A stretch of 64,000 nucleotides of DNA from assembly GCA_964247705.1 (NCBI GenBank), contig CAXTVQ010000003.1, positions 10,568 to 74,567 of the forward strand. Direction: 5' to 3'. The first letter of the stretch is position 1, and each line of letters opens with the position of its first letter. Below the pieces are notes generated by a model. The model ran no database searches. It was given only the letters and a program-made list of their open reading frames with translations, and was not told the origin of the DNA. This stretch comes from an uncultured Acetobacteraceae bacterium. Its GTDB lineage: Bacteria > Pseudomonadota > Alphaproteobacteria > Acetobacterales > Acetobacteraceae. The translations under genes and the position numbers were made by a program. Of the stretch, positions 1 to 11,906 are shown one piece after another.

Positions 1-441
1 GCTCGAATCGTCAATATCGGTTCGTCGACATCGGATCGCGCAAAAATCGGTGCAGCAGACCTAGATGGCCAACGCCGCTGGTCGATGGTCGGGGCTTACA
101 GCCGCTCCAAGCTTGCGATGATGATGACAACCTTCGGCTGGGCGCGACGGCTCGAGGGCACCGGCGTTGTCGCCAACATCGTCCATCCAGGGACCGTCGC
201 ATCGAAACTCGTGCGCTCACGCGGTGTCATTGGACTGGCTTGGCATATCATGGCGCCGTTCATCTCAACCGAGGAGCAAGGCGCTGACAGTCCCTTGCAC
301 GTGGCGCTTGCGCCCGAGTTCACGACGATCACGGGCAAATATGTCAAAGGACGCCGGATCGTCCGTCCCAACCGCCTCGCGCTGAACGAAGACCTGGTCG
401 AGCAAGTCTGGACGGCTACGGAGACGCTGGCCGGCGGATGA
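1..441 (+). CDS. Short-chain dehydrogenase/reductase (SDR), C-terminal fragment; N-terminus lies upstream of the window
   Basis: Frame 1 is open from base 1 (ARIVNIGSS...). It carries the SDR catalytic Y-x3-K (YSRSKLA) and the following VHPGTV segment. Stop at 439-441. Confidence 0.85.
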   Translation, partial: ARIVNIGSSTSDRAKIGAADLDGQRRWSMVGAYSRSKLAMMMTTFGWARRLEGTGVVANIVHPGTVASKLVRSRGVIGLAWHIMAPFISTEEQGADSPLHVALAPEFTTITGKYVKGRRIVRPNRLALNEDLVEQVWTATETLAGG

Positions 442-1468
442 CCCGTATCGCCGCGAGAGCGGTCGTGACCCCGACCGTGGCCGTGTGCGAGCACCGACGC
501 AGCCAAACCTGGATACTGAACCTGCGCGCCTCTCGCCCAAAGGGACCGCGGACGGGGGACGCGTCGGAGGAGGGTTCGAACAGGGTCGGCTGCAGGACCC
601 GTGCCGCCTCAGGGTCACGCGTAAGCTGACCATCGAAGCCGAGCCGCGGCATCAGAAAGGCGATCAGGTTCGGGAACACACGCTGCACGAGCGAGAAGAC
701 GGCGACCGTCCCACTCACGATCACTTCGGCCTGGCCGGTCATGGCGGCGATGTAGATGGCCTCGCAAACGATCTCCGGTTGATACACGGGTGGCGCTGGC
801 CGGGCAGGCCAGCCCATGTGGGACGGGGCGTGCGAGAAGAACGGCGTGTTGACGGCTGGGGGGAACACGGTGCTCACGCGGATGGCGCTGCGCTCCATCG
901 TCAGTTCGGCCTGCAACGCTTGGGCAAACCCGCGCACGGCCGCTTTTGCACCCGCATAGGACGTCATCAGCGGCAGGCCGTGGAAAGCCATCGCCGAACA
1001 GACGTTGACGATTGTCCCCTGGCCGGTCTGCCGCATCAGGTCCAATGCGACCCGGCAGCCATTCACGGTTCCACCGTAGGTGACGGCCGTGACCTGATCG
1101 AACTCGGCCTCGGGCACGACGATGAAGCGCCCATAAACGCCGTTGCCAGCGCAATTGATCCAGATGCTGGGCGTGCCAAGCTCGGCCACGAGACGCTCGG
1201 CCGCCAAGCGAAGCGCCTCGCTATCGGCCACGTCCGCAACCGCCGTGCCGCAGGGCATCCCAGCGCACCTGACATCGGCCGCAGCCGCTTGCAGTCCAGG
1301 CGCACCGCGCGCAATCAGCCCGACACGCCAACCCCGCTTGGCGAACACGATCGCGGTGCCCCGGCCGATGCCCGACGACCCTCCCGCTATGAAAACCGTC
1401 CGTATCTGGTGGGTCAGGACAACGGATCCTGAGCAGTAGGTAGACGGGTCTTCATGGGCCGGCACCAT
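416..1468 (-). CDS. SDR family oxidoreductase with C-terminal extension (about 351 aa)
   Basis: ORF 416..1570. The internal ATG at 1468 precedes the Rossmann motif IAGGSSGIGRG. Catalytic YAGAKAA is present. Convergent 26-nt overlap with the previous gene. Confidence 0.85.
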   Translation of the reverse strand: MVPAHEDPSTYCSGSVVLTHQIRTVFIAGGSSGIGRGTAIVFAKRGWRVGLIARGAPGLQAAAADVRCAGMPCGTAVADVADSEALRLAAERLVAELGTPSIWINCAGNGVYGRFIVVPEAEFDQVTAVTYGGTVNGCRVALDLMRQTGQGTIVNVCSAMAFHGLPLMTSYAGAKAAVRGFAQALQAELTMERSAIRVSTVFPPAVNTPFFSHAPSHMGWPARPAPPVYQPEIVCEAIYIAAMTGQAEVIVSGTVAVFSLVQRVFPNLIAFLMPRLGFDGQLTRDPEAARVLQPTLFEPSSDASPVRGPFGREARRFSIQVWLRRCSHTATVGVTTALAAIRVIRRPASP

Positions 1469-1563
1469 GCCGCCACTCGGTTTCCCACTCAAGTCACATG
1501 GCGCGAGCTTTGCACTTTGCAGATCGGCGCAGATCGGCGCGGGTTGGCAAAAGAACGGACAAC

Positions 1564-2796
1564 ATGGCACTGCGCGGACTGGCTGGATGGCTTGGGCTGC
1601 TCGTCCTGGCGTGGGTGTTGAGCGAGGACCGCCGCACCGTCCCGTGGCGGGTCGTTGCCGGCGGTGTGGTCGCGCAACTGGCGCTCGCGTCTGCGCTGAT
1701 CGGCATCCCTGCGACCCGTCTTGTAATTTCGGCGTTGAACGGTGCTGTTTTAGCCCTGCAAACGGCCACGGATGACGGGACGGCGTTCTTATTCGGCTAT
1801 CTCGGCGGTGGTCCCCTGCCCTTCACGGAAATCCATCCAGGCTCCAGCCTCATCATCGCCTTCAAAATCCTGCCCTTGGTCTTGGTCGTGAGCGCCCTCA
1901 GCGCGCTGCTGTTCCATCTCGGCATCCTGCAGAGGGTCACGGGCGCGTTCGCCCTGGTGCTCCGCCGGCTCACCGGGATCGACGGTCCGGTCGCGCTTGC
2001 CGCGGCCGCGCACATCTTCGTCGGCAACGTCGAAGCGCCGCTGCTGATCCGGCCATACCTCACCGGATTGCAGCGTGGTGAGATGTTCGCCGTCATGAGC
2101 TGCGGCATGGCAGGGATCGCCGGCACGGTCATGGTGATCTACGCGGCGATCCTGCGCCCCGTGATCCCGGAGGCGCTCGGCACCATCATCACGGCATCCG
2201 TCATCAGCACGCCGGCGGCTCTGGCCATCGCCGCCCTGATGGTCCCGTTCACCACAGCCAAGGCTACGGCGCCCGCCCAGTCCGAGGCACGACGCTCGGT
2301 CAGTATGCTGGACGCGCTGGTACGTGGCACGGCGGATGGCGTCGGGCCGCTCGTCGGGATCACGACCACGTTGATCGTTGCCCTGGCGCTCGTCAGCCTG
2401 ATCAACATGGCGCTCGGATGGCTGCCGGGCGCGCCGTCGCTGGAGGGGTTGTTTGCGGTGCCGTTTCGCCCGTTGCTGTGGCTGATGGGCGTGCCCTGGG
2501 CGGAAACGGGCGCCGCCGGTGTGTTGATGGGCACCAAGACGGTGCTGAACGAGTTCGTCTCCTACCTTCGGCTGGCAGCGTTGCCGCCGGATGCGCTCAG
2601 CGACCGGTCGCGTCTGATCCTGACATACGCCATGTGCGGTTTCGCGAACTTCGGCAGTGTCGGCATCATGGTCGGCGGGATCGGCGCCATGGTGCCCGAC
2701 CGGCGAGCCGAGATCGCCAGCCTCGGCCTGCGGTCCATCGTCAGTGGGACGATGGCAACCTGTATGTCCGGCGCATTGGCGGGCGTGTTGGCCTGA
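1564..2796 (+). CDS. NupC/NupG-family concentrative nucleoside transporter
   Basis: Polytopic membrane protein. The N-terminal GLLVLAWVLSEDRR and C-terminal CGFANFGSVGI segments are typical of the NupC family. Start placed at ATG 1564 (MALRGLAGW), just before the first TM helix. Confidence 0.88.
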   Translation: MALRGLAGWLGLLVLAWVLSEDRRTVPWRVVAGGVVAQLALASALIGIPATRLVISALNGAVLALQTATDDGTAFLFGYLGGGPLPFTEIHPGSSLIIAFKILPLVLVVSALSALLFHLGILQRVTGAFALVLRRLTGIDGPVALAAAAHIFVGNVEAPLLIRPYLTGLQRGEMFAVMSCGMAGIAGTVMVIYAAILRPVIPEALGTIITASVISTPAALAIAALMVPFTTAKATAPAQSEARRSVSMLDALVRGTADGVGPLVGITTTLIVALALVSLINMALGWLPGAPSLEGLFAVPFRPLLWLMGVPWAETGAAGVLMGTKTVLNEFVSYLRLAALPPDALSDRSRLILTYAMCGFANFGSVGIMVGGIGAMVPDRRAEIASLGLRSIVSGTMATCMSGALAGVLA

Positions 2797-2805
2797 GACC
2801 GGCAC

Positions 2806-3198
2806 TTAGCCAGACTGCAGCACCGCCGTCGCTTCAATCTCGACCAGGGCCTTGGCTTCGACCAGCCGTGTCACCCCCACAGCCGACATCGCCGGGTAGT
2901 GCTTGCCGATAACGGCGCGGTAGGCCTGGCCGATGCCACGCAGATTGGCCTGGTAGTCGTCCAGGTCGCAGATATACCAAGTCATTCGGACAATGTCGGC
3001 CGGCGTTGCTCCTGCGACCGCCAGGACCTCGGCAATGTTCCGCAACGCTTGCTCCACTTGGGCGACGAGCCCGTCGGCGAACCGGCCCTGGCTGTCCCAC
3101 CCGACCTGTCCGCCCACGAAAACCGTCTCACCCTGTGCGGCGACGCCGTTGGCGTAACCGGACGGTGGCGGCCAGCCAGGTGGCTGCAGCACCCTCAC
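2806..3198 (-). CDS. RidA/YjgF-family reactive-intermediate deaminase
   Basis: 130 aa with typical RidA layout (GYANGV...VFVGGQV...MSAVGVTRLV...VEIEA). GTG start overlaps the stop of the upstream SDR (GTGA). Confidence 0.88.
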   Translation of the reverse strand: MRVLQPPGWPPPSGYANGVAAQGETVFVGGQVGWDSQGRFADGLVAQVEQALRNIAEVLAVAGATPADIVRMTWYICDLDDYQANLRGIGQAYRAVIGKHYPAMSAVGVTRLVEAKALVEIEATAVLQSG

Positions 3199-3923
3199 GT
3201 GACTTCTCCCCCAGCGACCGCAATGGCTTGCCCGGTCATGGGCGAGGCTTGCTCACCGCACAGGAAGGCGACGACGTTGGCCACCTCGGCAGGCTGCACC
3301 AGCCGGCCCTGCGGGTTCGTGCGTTCCAGGATCGCCCTGGCGTCGCCGGCCGTTTTCCCCGTCTTCGCGGTGATCACGTCCAGAGCCCGGTCGACCAACG
3401 CCGTTTCCGTGAAGCCCGGACACACCGCGTTCACGGTCACGCCCGTGCGGGCGAGTTCGGCGGCGAGAGCCCGCGTCAGGCCGATCAGACCGTGCTTGGC
3501 GGCACCATACGCCGCCGTGTAGGCATAGCCCTTCAACCCGGCGGTGCTCGAGATCGAGACCACCCGCCCCCAGCCCCGCTCGATCATGCCTGGCAGCAGG
3601 CACTGGATGGTATCGAAACAGCTTGTCAGGTTCAGGCCGAGCATACCGTCCCAGTCGGCACGGGTGTGACGCACGAATGGCGCTGAAAAGGCTGCGCCGG
3701 CGTTGTTCACCAGGATGTCGAACGGGCCCAGTCGCTCGATGGCAGTGCGCACAGCGTGACTGTCGGTCACGTCGGCAACGGCGTATGCAAATCCCGTTTC
3801 GCGCAATGCGTCGCCATCCCGGCCCAGCACGGCCACGTCCGCACCGTCCGCGGCAAGCCGGTCGGCAATGGCGCGGCCGATACCCTTGGCCCCACCGGTG
3901 ACCAGCGCCCTGCGCCGTTGCAT
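3195..3923 (-). CDS. SDR family oxidoreductase (3-oxoacyl-ACP reductase-like)
   Basis: ATG 3923 gives MQRRRALVTGGAKGIGRAI (TGxxxGIG). Catalytic YGAAKHG is present. Translationally coupled to the RidA gene. Confidence 0.9.
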   Translation of the reverse strand: MQRRRALVTGGAKGIGRAIADRLAADGADVAVLGRDGDALRETGFAYAVADVTDSHAVRTAIERLGPFDILVNNAGAAFSAPFVRHTRADWDGMLGLNLTSCFDTIQCLLPGMIERGWGRVVSISSTAGLKGYAYTAAYGAAKHGLIGLTRALAAELARTGVTVNAVCPGFTETALVDRALDVITAKTGKTAGDARAILERTNPQGRLVQPAEVANVVAFLCGEQASPMTGQAIAVAGGEVT

Positions 3924-4003
3924 CGCCCGTCCTCTTGTCGGAGCATGATCCTGCCGGGCCATCTCCGACCCGTCAATCGTTGCGCTTTCTGGAAGGCGGC
4001 GGG

Positions 4004-5095
4004 ATGACCCACCCGATGTTCGGCCCAAACCGCTTCAAGTTGGGGCTTTTCTCGCTGAACGCCGATGGTGGACTGACCCTGACGCGGGTGGCCGAACGGT
4101 GGCCGGCAACCTGGAAGGGCATTGCCGAGGTCGCACGATTGGCTGACCGCGCCGGGTTGGAGTTCATCCTGCCGATCGCCCGCTGGAAGGGGTTCGGCGG
4201 CGACATGAACAGCCGCGAGTGGAGTTTCGAGACGCTGACCTTTGCGGCGGCACTGGCGGGGATGACGCGGCGGATCGCCTTGTTCTCGACGGTGCACGTC
4301 CCGATGGTGCATCCGGTGTTCGCCGCGAAAGCCTTGGCCACGATCGATCAGGCGAGTTCCGGGCGCGCTGGGCTGAATATCGTTTGCGGCTGGAATCCCG
4401 AGGAGTTCGCGCTGTTCGGCCTGCCGATGATCGAGGACCGTTACGAGCAGGGGCGCGAATGGGCGCAGATCATACAGCGCCTTTACACAGCGACAGAACC
4501 ATTCGATTTTGCCGGAAAGTTTTACAATTTGCGCGGTGTATCGGGCAAACCGGCACCGCTGCAGCAGCCCGGTCCCGTGACGTTGAATGCGGCATTCTCG
4601 CCACCGGGGCGGGCCTTTGCAGCCGAGGCAGCCGACTTCCTGCTCACCACCTTCACCGACATCGAGGCCGGACGGCCGCATCTCGCGGACATGCAGGCGC
4701 GCGCCGCGGCCAACCGGCGCACGATCGGCGTGGTGGCAACGTGTCACGTCGTATGCCGGCCAAGCCAGGCGGAGGCGGATGACTATTACCGGCACTACGC
4801 GGTGACGATGGCGGACACGGCCAGCCTCGACATCTACACGGCGGCAAAGGCGGCCAATTCCAACTCGCATGACCCGGCGGCGTACCACCAGTACCAGACG
4901 CGGTTTGCCGCAGGCGCCGGCACTTACCCGCTGGTCGGGACGCCGCGGTTCATCGCCGACGAGATGATCCGCATGGCCGACGCCGGTTTCGCCGGCACGA
5001 CGGTCTCGTTCGTCAATTTCGCCGACGAATTGCCCTACTTCCTGGCCAGCGTGCTTCCCTTGCTCGAGCAGGCGGGGCTTCGCAGCGCCACCTAG
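4004..5095 (+). CDS. LLM-class flavin-dependent monooxygenase, RutA/NtaA-like
   Basis: MTHPMFGPNRFKLGLF...ARWKGFGGD...TIDQASSGRAGLNIVCGW resembles luciferase-like monooxygenases. The KGFGG and TID..SGGR.G.N.V.GW blocks parallel E. coli RutA as I recall it. Confidence 0.82.
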   Translation: MTHPMFGPNRFKLGLFSLNADGGLTLTRVAERWPATWKGIAEVARLADRAGLEFILPIARWKGFGGDMNSREWSFETLTFAAALAGMTRRIALFSTVHVPMVHPVFAAKALATIDQASSGRAGLNIVCGWNPEEFALFGLPMIEDRYEQGREWAQIIQRLYTATEPFDFAGKFYNLRGVSGKPAPLQQPGPVTLNAAFSPPGRAFAAEAADFLLTTFTDIEAGRPHLADMQARAAANRRTIGVVATCHVVCRPSQAEADDYYRHYAVTMADTASLDIYTAAKAANSNSHDPAAYHQYQTRFAAGAGTYPLVGTPRFIADEMIRMADAGFAGTTVSFVNFADELPYFLASVLPLLEQAGLRSAT

Positions 5096-6237
5096 CCTGG
5101 ATGGTCGTTGCTATGCCAAACGGCCCCGGCAAGGACGATGCTGTCCAGCCCGAAACGCTGACGGCCGACCCGGGTCTTGTTGGAGACGTCGGTGAAGCGG
5201 AACTCGCCCTCCTCGATCCGCATGACGGTGGCGTCCCCCGTGCTGCCGATCGACAGGTCGGCCAGGTCCGGGCGTTTCAGCACGTGGGCCGGCGTCGCAG
5301 TCACGGCGCGGACGATCGAGGGCACGTCCATCCCGAGATAGAGGAACTTGCTCATCGTCTCCATGTTGTCGAACGCCGGGCCGTCGATGCAGAGCACGTG
5401 CACGTCCGAACTGATGATGTCGGGCTTGAACCCGCCGGCGAGCATCGCTTCCGCGACGTCGAAATCGAACGACCCCTTGCCGTGCGCGATGTCGAAGATC
5501 ACGCCCCGCTCGCGCGCCTCCCAACACGCCTCCTTGATCGAGCCGTCGGCGCGGCAGGGCGCATTGGGGAATGGCTTGAAACAATGGGTTAGCGTGTCGC
5601 CCGGCCGTAGCTCCTTCAGCACATCCGTGTAGCGGGGCGGCGGACGGTCGATATGGCACATGACCGGAAGCCCTGCCCGGTCGGCTGCCTCGAGCGCGAA
5701 GTAGAGCGGGGTTATGCCGTTGACGCCGCTTGTGTTGGCGCCGACCCGTACCTTCACGCCGCGCACGATGTCCTTGTTCGCCAAGGCCACGGTGGCACAG
5801 GTCTCCGGGTCCATCAGCCGGATGTCCTGGCTCTCCCCCACCATCACGGAGGGGGAGAACGCGTAGATTCCGGCGTGGCTGACGTGCAGGTAGGCCAGGA
5901 TGCGCGTCTGGCTCACTTCGACCACGTGCTTGCGGAAGCCGGCGAAATTCCCCGGCCCGGCCGAACCGACGTCGAGCCAGGTCGTGGTCCCGCAGCGCTT
6001 GGCCAGGGCATCGCCGTCGATGCTGATGGACGTGCCGCCCCAGTAGACGTGGGCGTGGAAATCGATGTTCCCCGGCATGACGATGCACCCGGCGACGTCG
6101 CGTTCGGCCTTGCCCTCCAGTCCCGAACCGATCGCGGCCACTTTGCCATCGGCGAACGCGATGTCGGTCACCTCGTCCCGGCTGTTGCCAGGGTCAACCA
6201 CTCGGCCATTGCGTAATACGAGATCGTGCATCGTCAT
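5092..6237 (-). CDS. Amidohydrolase-superfamily metallohydrolase (dihydroorotase/deacetylase-like)
   Basis: N-terminal LRNGRVVDP...[12 protein letters not shown] carries the HxH metal ligands. 381 aa. The ATG overlaps the trpS stop (ATGA). Confidence 0.85.
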   Translation of the reverse strand: MTMHDLVLRNGRVVDPGNSRDEVTDIAFADGKVAAIGSGLEGKAERDVAGCIVMPGNIDFHAHVYWGGTSISIDGDALAKRCGTTTWLDVGSAGPGNFAGFRKHVVEVSQTRILAYLHVSHAGIYAFSPSVMVGESQDIRLMDPETCATVALANKDIVRGVKVRVGANTSGVNGITPLYFALEAADRAGLPVMCHIDRPPPRYTDVLKELRPGDTLTHCFKPFPNAPCRADGSIKEACWEARERGVIFDIAHGKGSFDFDVAEAMLAGGFKPDIISSDVHVLCIDGPAFDNMETMSKFLYLGMDVPSIVRAVTATPAHVLKRPDLADLSIGSTGDATVMRIEEGEFRFTDVSNKTRVGRQRFGLDSIVLAGAVWHSNDHPG

Positions 6238-7235
6238 GCTCGCGCCTTGAGGAATCCAACCAGCCGTTCGGCTTCGGCCACGATCGGTTCGGCGATCGCC
6301 GCAGCGCGCGCGGCGCCCTGGCCGAGCCGGCGGTCGATGGTGCCGGGATCGGCCAGCCAGCGCCGGGTTTCGGACGCGATCGGCGCCAGCTTCTCGATCA
6401 GCAGCGCGGCCAGGGCTTCCTTGAATAGGCCGAACCCCTTGCCGCCATGGTCCTTCAGCACGCCATCATGGTCCGTGTCGGTGAGGGCCGCGTAGATGCC
6501 GATGAGGTTGCGCGCCTCGGGCCGGTGTTCCAGGTCGCGAGCATGCTCCGGAAGCGGCGCCGGGTCGGTTTTTGCGCGGCGGATCTTGAGCGCAATCGTG
6601 TCCGCGTCATCGGTCAGGTTGATCCGGCTCTGGTCGGAGGGGTCGGACTTGCTCATCTTCTTCGTCCCGTCGCGCAGGCTCATCACGCGCGCCGCCGGGC
6701 CGAGGATCAGGGCCTCGATCTGGGGGAAGAACTCCACGCCGTAGTCATGGTTGAACTTCTGGGCGATGTCGTTGGCCAGTTCCAGATGCTGCCGCTGGTC
6801 GTCGCCGACGGGCACCCGGGTCGCATGGTAGGCCAGGATGTCGGCGGCCATCAGGTTCGGGTACACGTACAAGCCCGCAGATACGTTTTCCTGGTTCTTG
6901 CCGGCCTTGTCCTTGAACTGCGTCATCCGGTTCAGCCAGCCGAGCCGCGCGACGCAGTTGAAGATCCAGCCAAGCCGGACATGGGCGTAGACCGCGGATT
7001 GGTGGAATAGGATCGACCGGTCGTCGATCCCGCAAGCCAGGAACGTCGCCGCCATTTCCCGCGTGGCATCGGCAAGGGCGGCGGGATCTTGCCATGACGT
7101 GATCGCGTGAAGGTCCACCACGCAGTAGATGCACTCGTGGCCGTCCTGCAGGGCGACCCAGTTGCGGAGCGCGCCGAGGTAGTTGCCGAGGGTGGGGATG
7201 CCTGACGGCTGGATGCCCGAAAAGATGCGTTGCAT
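6234..7235 (-). CDS. trpS: Tryptophan--tRNA ligase
   Basis: ATG 7235 gives [22 protein letters not shown] (class I HIGH-region equivalent). KKMSKS motif is present. 333 aa. Confidence 0.95.
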   Translation of the reverse strand: MQRIFSGIQPSGIPTLGNYLGALRNWVALQDGHECIYCVVDLHAITSWQDPAALADATREMAATFLACGIDDRSILFHQSAVYAHVRLGWIFNCVARLGWLNRMTQFKDKAGKNQENVSAGLYVYPNLMAADILAYHATRVPVGDDQRQHLELANDIAQKFNHDYGVEFFPQIEALILGPAARVMSLRDGTKKMSKSDPSDQSRINLTDDADTIALKIRRAKTDPAPLPEHARDLEHRPEARNLIGIYAALTDTDHDGVLKDHGGKGFGLFKEALAALLIEKLAPIASETRRWLADPGTIDRRLGQGAARAAAIAEPIVAEAERLVGFLKARA

Positions 7236-7242
7236 GACGGCC

Positions 7243-8538
7243 TCAGTAGATCGGGAAGCGTGCGCACAGCTCCCGCACCTGGCTGGCGACTTCTTGTTCC
7301 ACGGCCGTGTTGCTGCCGTCGTTCGACCGGGCGAGGCCGTCGAGCACGGCATCGATCATCCGGCCGATCTGGCGGAACTCCGCAACACCGAAGCCGCGCG
7401 TGGTCGCGGCGGGGCTGCCGAGGCGGATGCCGCTGGTGATGGCGGGCTTGGCCGGGTCGTACGGGATGGCGTTCTTGTTGGCGGTGATCAACGCGCGCTC
7501 GAGGCTGGCCTCGGCGGCCTTGCCGGTCGTGTTCTTCGGCCGCAGGTCCACCAGCACCAAGTGGCAATCGGTGCCGCCGGTCACGATGTCGCACCCCAAC
7601 TCGCGCAGCGTCTCGCCCAGCACCCGGGCGTTGTCCAGCACGGCCCGCTGATAAGTGCGGAACTCCGGCCGCAGCGCCTCGCCGAACGCGGCTGCCTTGC
7701 CGGCGATCACGTGCATCAGCGGGCCGCCCTGCAGGCCGGGGAAGACGGCGGAATTGATCTTTTTCGCCAGGTCCTCGTCATTGGTCAGGATCATGCCGCC
7801 GCGGGGGCCGCGGAGCGTCTTGTGCGTGGTGGTGGTCACGATGTGGGCGTGCGGGAACGGCGAGGGGTAAAGCCCGGCCGCCACCAACCCGGCGTAATGC
7901 GCCATGTCCACCAGGAACAGCGCCCCGACCTCGTCCGCCACCGCACGGATGCGGGCAAAGTCGATCACCCGCGGGTAGGCGCTGCCACCGGCGATGATCA
8001 GGCGGGGCCGCTCGGCGCGGGCGAGGCGCTCCAACTCCTCGTAGTCGAGCAGGCCGTCCTCGCGCCGGACGCCATACTGCACCGCATGGAACCACTTGCC
8101 GGACAGGTTGGGGGCCGCGCCATGCGTCAGGTGCCCACCGGAGGCCAGGCTCATGCCGAGGATGGTGTCGCCGGGCTTGATGGTGGCCAGGAACACCGCC
8201 TGGTTGGCCTGCGCGCCGGAGTGCGGCTGCACGTTCACGAATGCGCAGCCGAACAACTGCTTCGCCCGGTCGATGGCGAGCAGCTCGGCCACGTCCACCT
8301 CGGCGCATCCGCCGTAGTAGCGGCGGCCGGGGTAGCCCTCGGCGTATTTATTGGTCAACACCGAGCCCTGCGCCTCCATCACCGCGGCGGAGACGATGTT
8401 CTCGCTGGCGATCAGCTCGATGCCGTCCTGCTGCCGCGCCAACTCCGCCCGCAGCACGGCGGCGAGCGCCGGGTCGGTTTCGGAGAGCGGGGCGGAGAAG
8501 AAGCGCTGCGGGATTGTGGGGGCGCTCTGTTCGGTCAT
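7243..8538 (-). CDS. glyA: Serine hydroxymethyltransferase
   Basis: ATG 8538. [25 protein letters not shown] and the PLP-lysine block [15 protein letters not shown] are present. 431 aa. Confidence 0.97.
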   Translation of the reverse strand: MTEQSAPTIPQRFFSAPLSETDPALAAVLRAELARQQDGIELIASENIVSAAVMEAQGSVLTNKYAEGYPGRRYYGGCAEVDVAELLAIDRAKQLFGCAFVNVQPHSGAQANQAVFLATIKPGDTILGMSLASGGHLTHGAAPNLSGKWFHAVQYGVRREDGLLDYEELERLARAERPRLIIAGGSAYPRVIDFARIRAVADEVGALFLVDMAHYAGLVAAGLYPSPFPHAHIVTTTTHKTLRGPRGGMILTNDEDLAKKINSAVFPGLQGGPLMHVIAGKAAAFGEALRPEFRTYQRAVLDNARVLGETLRELGCDIVTGGTDCHLVLVDLRPKNTTGKAAEASLERALITANKNAIPYDPAKPAITSGIRLGSPAATTRGFGVAEFRQIGRMIDAVLDGLARSNDGSNTAVEQEVASQVRELCARFPIY

Positions 8539-8590
8539 GATGCGGGTATCCAGGCTGGAGAGCTCTTCCCTACCACGCAGCCCGGCAGGA

Positions 8591-10048
8591 ATGGAACGGA
8601 GCGCCGCATTGGCTGAACACACGTGGCTGGGCGACGTTTTCGCGCGGAAGGAACCGCACGGCGAAAGCGGACTGCGCCGGACCCTCGGCACGGGCAGCCT
8701 GGTGACGCTCGGCATCGGCGCGATCATCGGGGCGGGACTGTTCTCGCTGACCGGAATCGCGGCGGCGGAGAATGCGGGCCCGGCTGTCACGCTCTCCTTC
8801 CTGCTCGCGGCGATCGGCTGCGCATTCGCCGGTGTTTGCTACAGCGAACTGGCCGGCATGGTGCCGAGCGCCGGGTCCGCCTACTCGTACGCCTATGCCG
8901 CGCTGGGCGCACTGCCGGCCTGGATCATCGGGTGGGACCTGATCCTCGAGTATTCGGTTGCGGGTGGCGTGGTGGCCGTGTCCTGGTCGACCTACCTGCA
9001 ATCCGTCCTGCACGATTTCGGTGTGGACCTGCCGCATTGGCTGGCCGCCTCACCTGCCGAGGGCGGGGTCGCGAACGTGCCGGCGGCCGTCGTCATCGTG
9101 GCGCTCTCGCTGCTGCTGATCCGGGGCGTGAGCGAGTCCGCCCTGGTCAACTCGATCATCGTCGTCGTCAAAGTGTCGATCGTGCTCACCGTGATCGGCG
9201 TCGGAGCGTTCTACGTCGACACGGCAAACTGGCACCCGTTCGTTCCACCCAACCAGGGCAGCTTCGGCCAGTTCGGCATCTCCGGCGTGCTGCGCGGGGC
9301 GGGGATCGTGTTCTTCGCCTATCTCGGGTTCGACGCCGTCAGCACGACGGCAGGCGAGGCGAAGAACCCGCAACGGTCGATGCCCATCGGCATCCTCGGG
9401 TCGCTCGCGATCTGCACCGTGCTGTATATCGCCTTCGCGCTCGTGCTGACGGGGATCGTCCCGTATCACGACATGAAGGGCAACGCGGCGCCGATCGCGC
9501 TGGCGATCGACAAGACCCCGTTCCACTGGCTGCAGATCGCGGTGAAGCTCGGCATCATCGGCGGTTTCACGTCGGTGCTTCTGGTCAACCTGCTCGGCCA
9601 GAGCCGCATCGTGTTCGCCATGGCGGAGGACGGGATGGTGCCCGCCGTGCTCGGCCGCTTGCACCCGGAGCACAAGACGCCCTGGGTCGCCAACCTCGTA
9701 TTCATGCTGGCAACGACCGCGCTGGCCGCCTTCGTCCCGATCGAGGCGCTGGCCAAGCTCGTCTCCGTCGGCACGCTGTTCGCCTTCGCGGTCGTGTGCG
9801 CCGCGGTGCTGGTGCTGCGGTGGCGCGAGCCGGGTCGGGAGCGGCCGTTCCGCGTGCCCTGGTCCCCGGTGGTGCCGGCGCTGGGGATCGCGAGCTGTGT
9901 CCTGCTGATGCTATCGCTGCCGTGGCAAACCTGGATCCGGCTGGTCCTTTGGTGGGTCCTGGGGCTGGTGATCTACTTCACCTATAGCCGCAGCCGCGCT
10001 ACCCGCATCCGGGACGATGCTAAGTCAGCGGAGGAAGCGCCGCGATGA
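8591..10048 (+). CDS. APC-superfamily amino acid permease (cationic amino acid transporter-like)
   Basis: ATG 8591. [24 protein letters not shown] and [19 protein letters not shown] are typical APC signatures. About 12 TM segments. Confidence 0.9.
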   Translation: MERSAALAEHTWLGDVFARKEPHGESGLRRTLGTGSLVTLGIGAIIGAGLFSLTGIAAAENAGPAVTLSFLLAAIGCAFAGVCYSELAGMVPSAGSAYSYAYAALGALPAWIIGWDLILEYSVAGGVVAVSWSTYLQSVLHDFGVDLPHWLAASPAEGGVANVPAAVVIVALSLLLIRGVSESALVNSIIVVVKVSIVLTVIGVGAFYVDTANWHPFVPPNQGSFGQFGISGVLRGAGIVFFAYLGFDAVSTTAGEAKNPQRSMPIGILGSLAICTVLYIAFALVLTGIVPYHDMKGNAAPIALAIDKTPFHWLQIAVKLGIIGGFTSVLLVNLLGQSRIVFAMAEDGMVPAVLGRLHPEHKTPWVANLVFMLATTALAAFVPIEALAKLVSVGTLFAFAVVCAAVLVLRWREPGRERPFRVPWSPVVPALGIASCVLLMLSLPWQTWIRLVLWWVLGLVIYFTYSRSRATRIRDDAKSAEEAPR

Positions 10049-10811
10049 AAGCGGGCACCCGGCGCAGCGCATCCTCGCGTGCCGCCGGGTCGGTCCCGGA
10101 ATGCGCAGTGCCGCCAGCCGGGGTAGCCAGGCCCGTCCGGGACCGTAGCTTGGCGTTGGGCGCGTCGAAATCGTGGTAGGCGCCGGCGTAGGTTACCAAC
10201 TCCACTTTGCCCGACAGGCGGTCTGCCAATGTGTGACAGGGAGCGGCGGGGGTCCAATCGTCAGCTTCGCCCATCAGGATCAGCAACGGCGCTGCCGGCT
10301 CCCAGCCCCGGGCCTCGGACGGACCGCGGCAGCCAGGATAGAACGCGATCAACCCGCGGATGAGGCCCGGCGGGAGGTCCGGCGTCGCGCGGCCCGTCGA
10401 CAGGACCGTGGTGCCGCCATCGGACCAGCCGAGCAGCACGACGCCGCCCGGCGGCGTTCCCGGGTGCTGTTGCAGCCATCGCAGCGCCGCCAAGGCGTCC
10501 TGCCGACGCAAGCCGCTGGCGGTGACGGCCCGGTTGCGCGTGCCGCACTGGGATCCAAGACCGCGCGAGCCGAAACTGTCCGGCATCAGCACGGTGTGGC
10601 CCTGGGCGGCCAGGAGCCGGGCCCACTCGCCGTCCCGGCTGGGATACGGACCGCCGCAGCCGTGCAGCGCCACGATCGCGGGACCGCGCTGCTTGCCCTG
10701 CGCCGGGAACAGCTCGGCATTCAGGATGATCCCGTCCGGCCCCGGCACCCGCACCGCCTCCGCCCGGGCACAGCCGGCAGTCAACATCATCAGGAGTATC
10801 AACACCCGCAT
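10020..10811 (-). CDS. Dienelactone hydrolase-family alpha/beta hydrolase, secreted
   Basis: Signal peptide MRVLILLMMLTAGCARA. HGCGG block and nucleophile elbow GWSDGG are present. 263 aa. Confidence 0.75.
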   Translation of the reverse strand: MRVLILLMMLTAGCARAEAVRVPGPDGIILNAELFPAQGKQRGPAIVALHGCGGPYPSRDGEWARLLAAQGHTVLMPDSFGSRGLGSQCGTRNRAVTASGLRRQDALAALRWLQQHPGTPPGGVVLLGWSDGGTTVLSTGRATPDLPPGLIRGLIAFYPGCRGPSEARGWEPAAPLLILMGEADDWTPAAPCHTLADRLSGKVELVTYAGAYHDFDAPNAKLRSRTGLATPAGGTAHSGTDPAAREDALRRVPAFIAALPPLT

Positions 10812-10878
10812 ACACGCTTACCGAAACGTTCCACCCGGCGCGGCTCTACCCGTTCGGGCCGGGCCAGTCTATGGGTAG

Positions 10879-11889
<1,011 letters not shown>

Positions 11890-11906
11890 TCCGGCCATCA
11901 CCGATC

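Noticed and set aside
8539-8590. Possible ZTP or other one-carbon riboswitch upstream of glyA.
   Set aside because: Only 52 nt separate the divergent glyA and permease start codons, which is too short for an aptamer plus expression platform. I could not find the conserved ZTP pseudoknot sequence.
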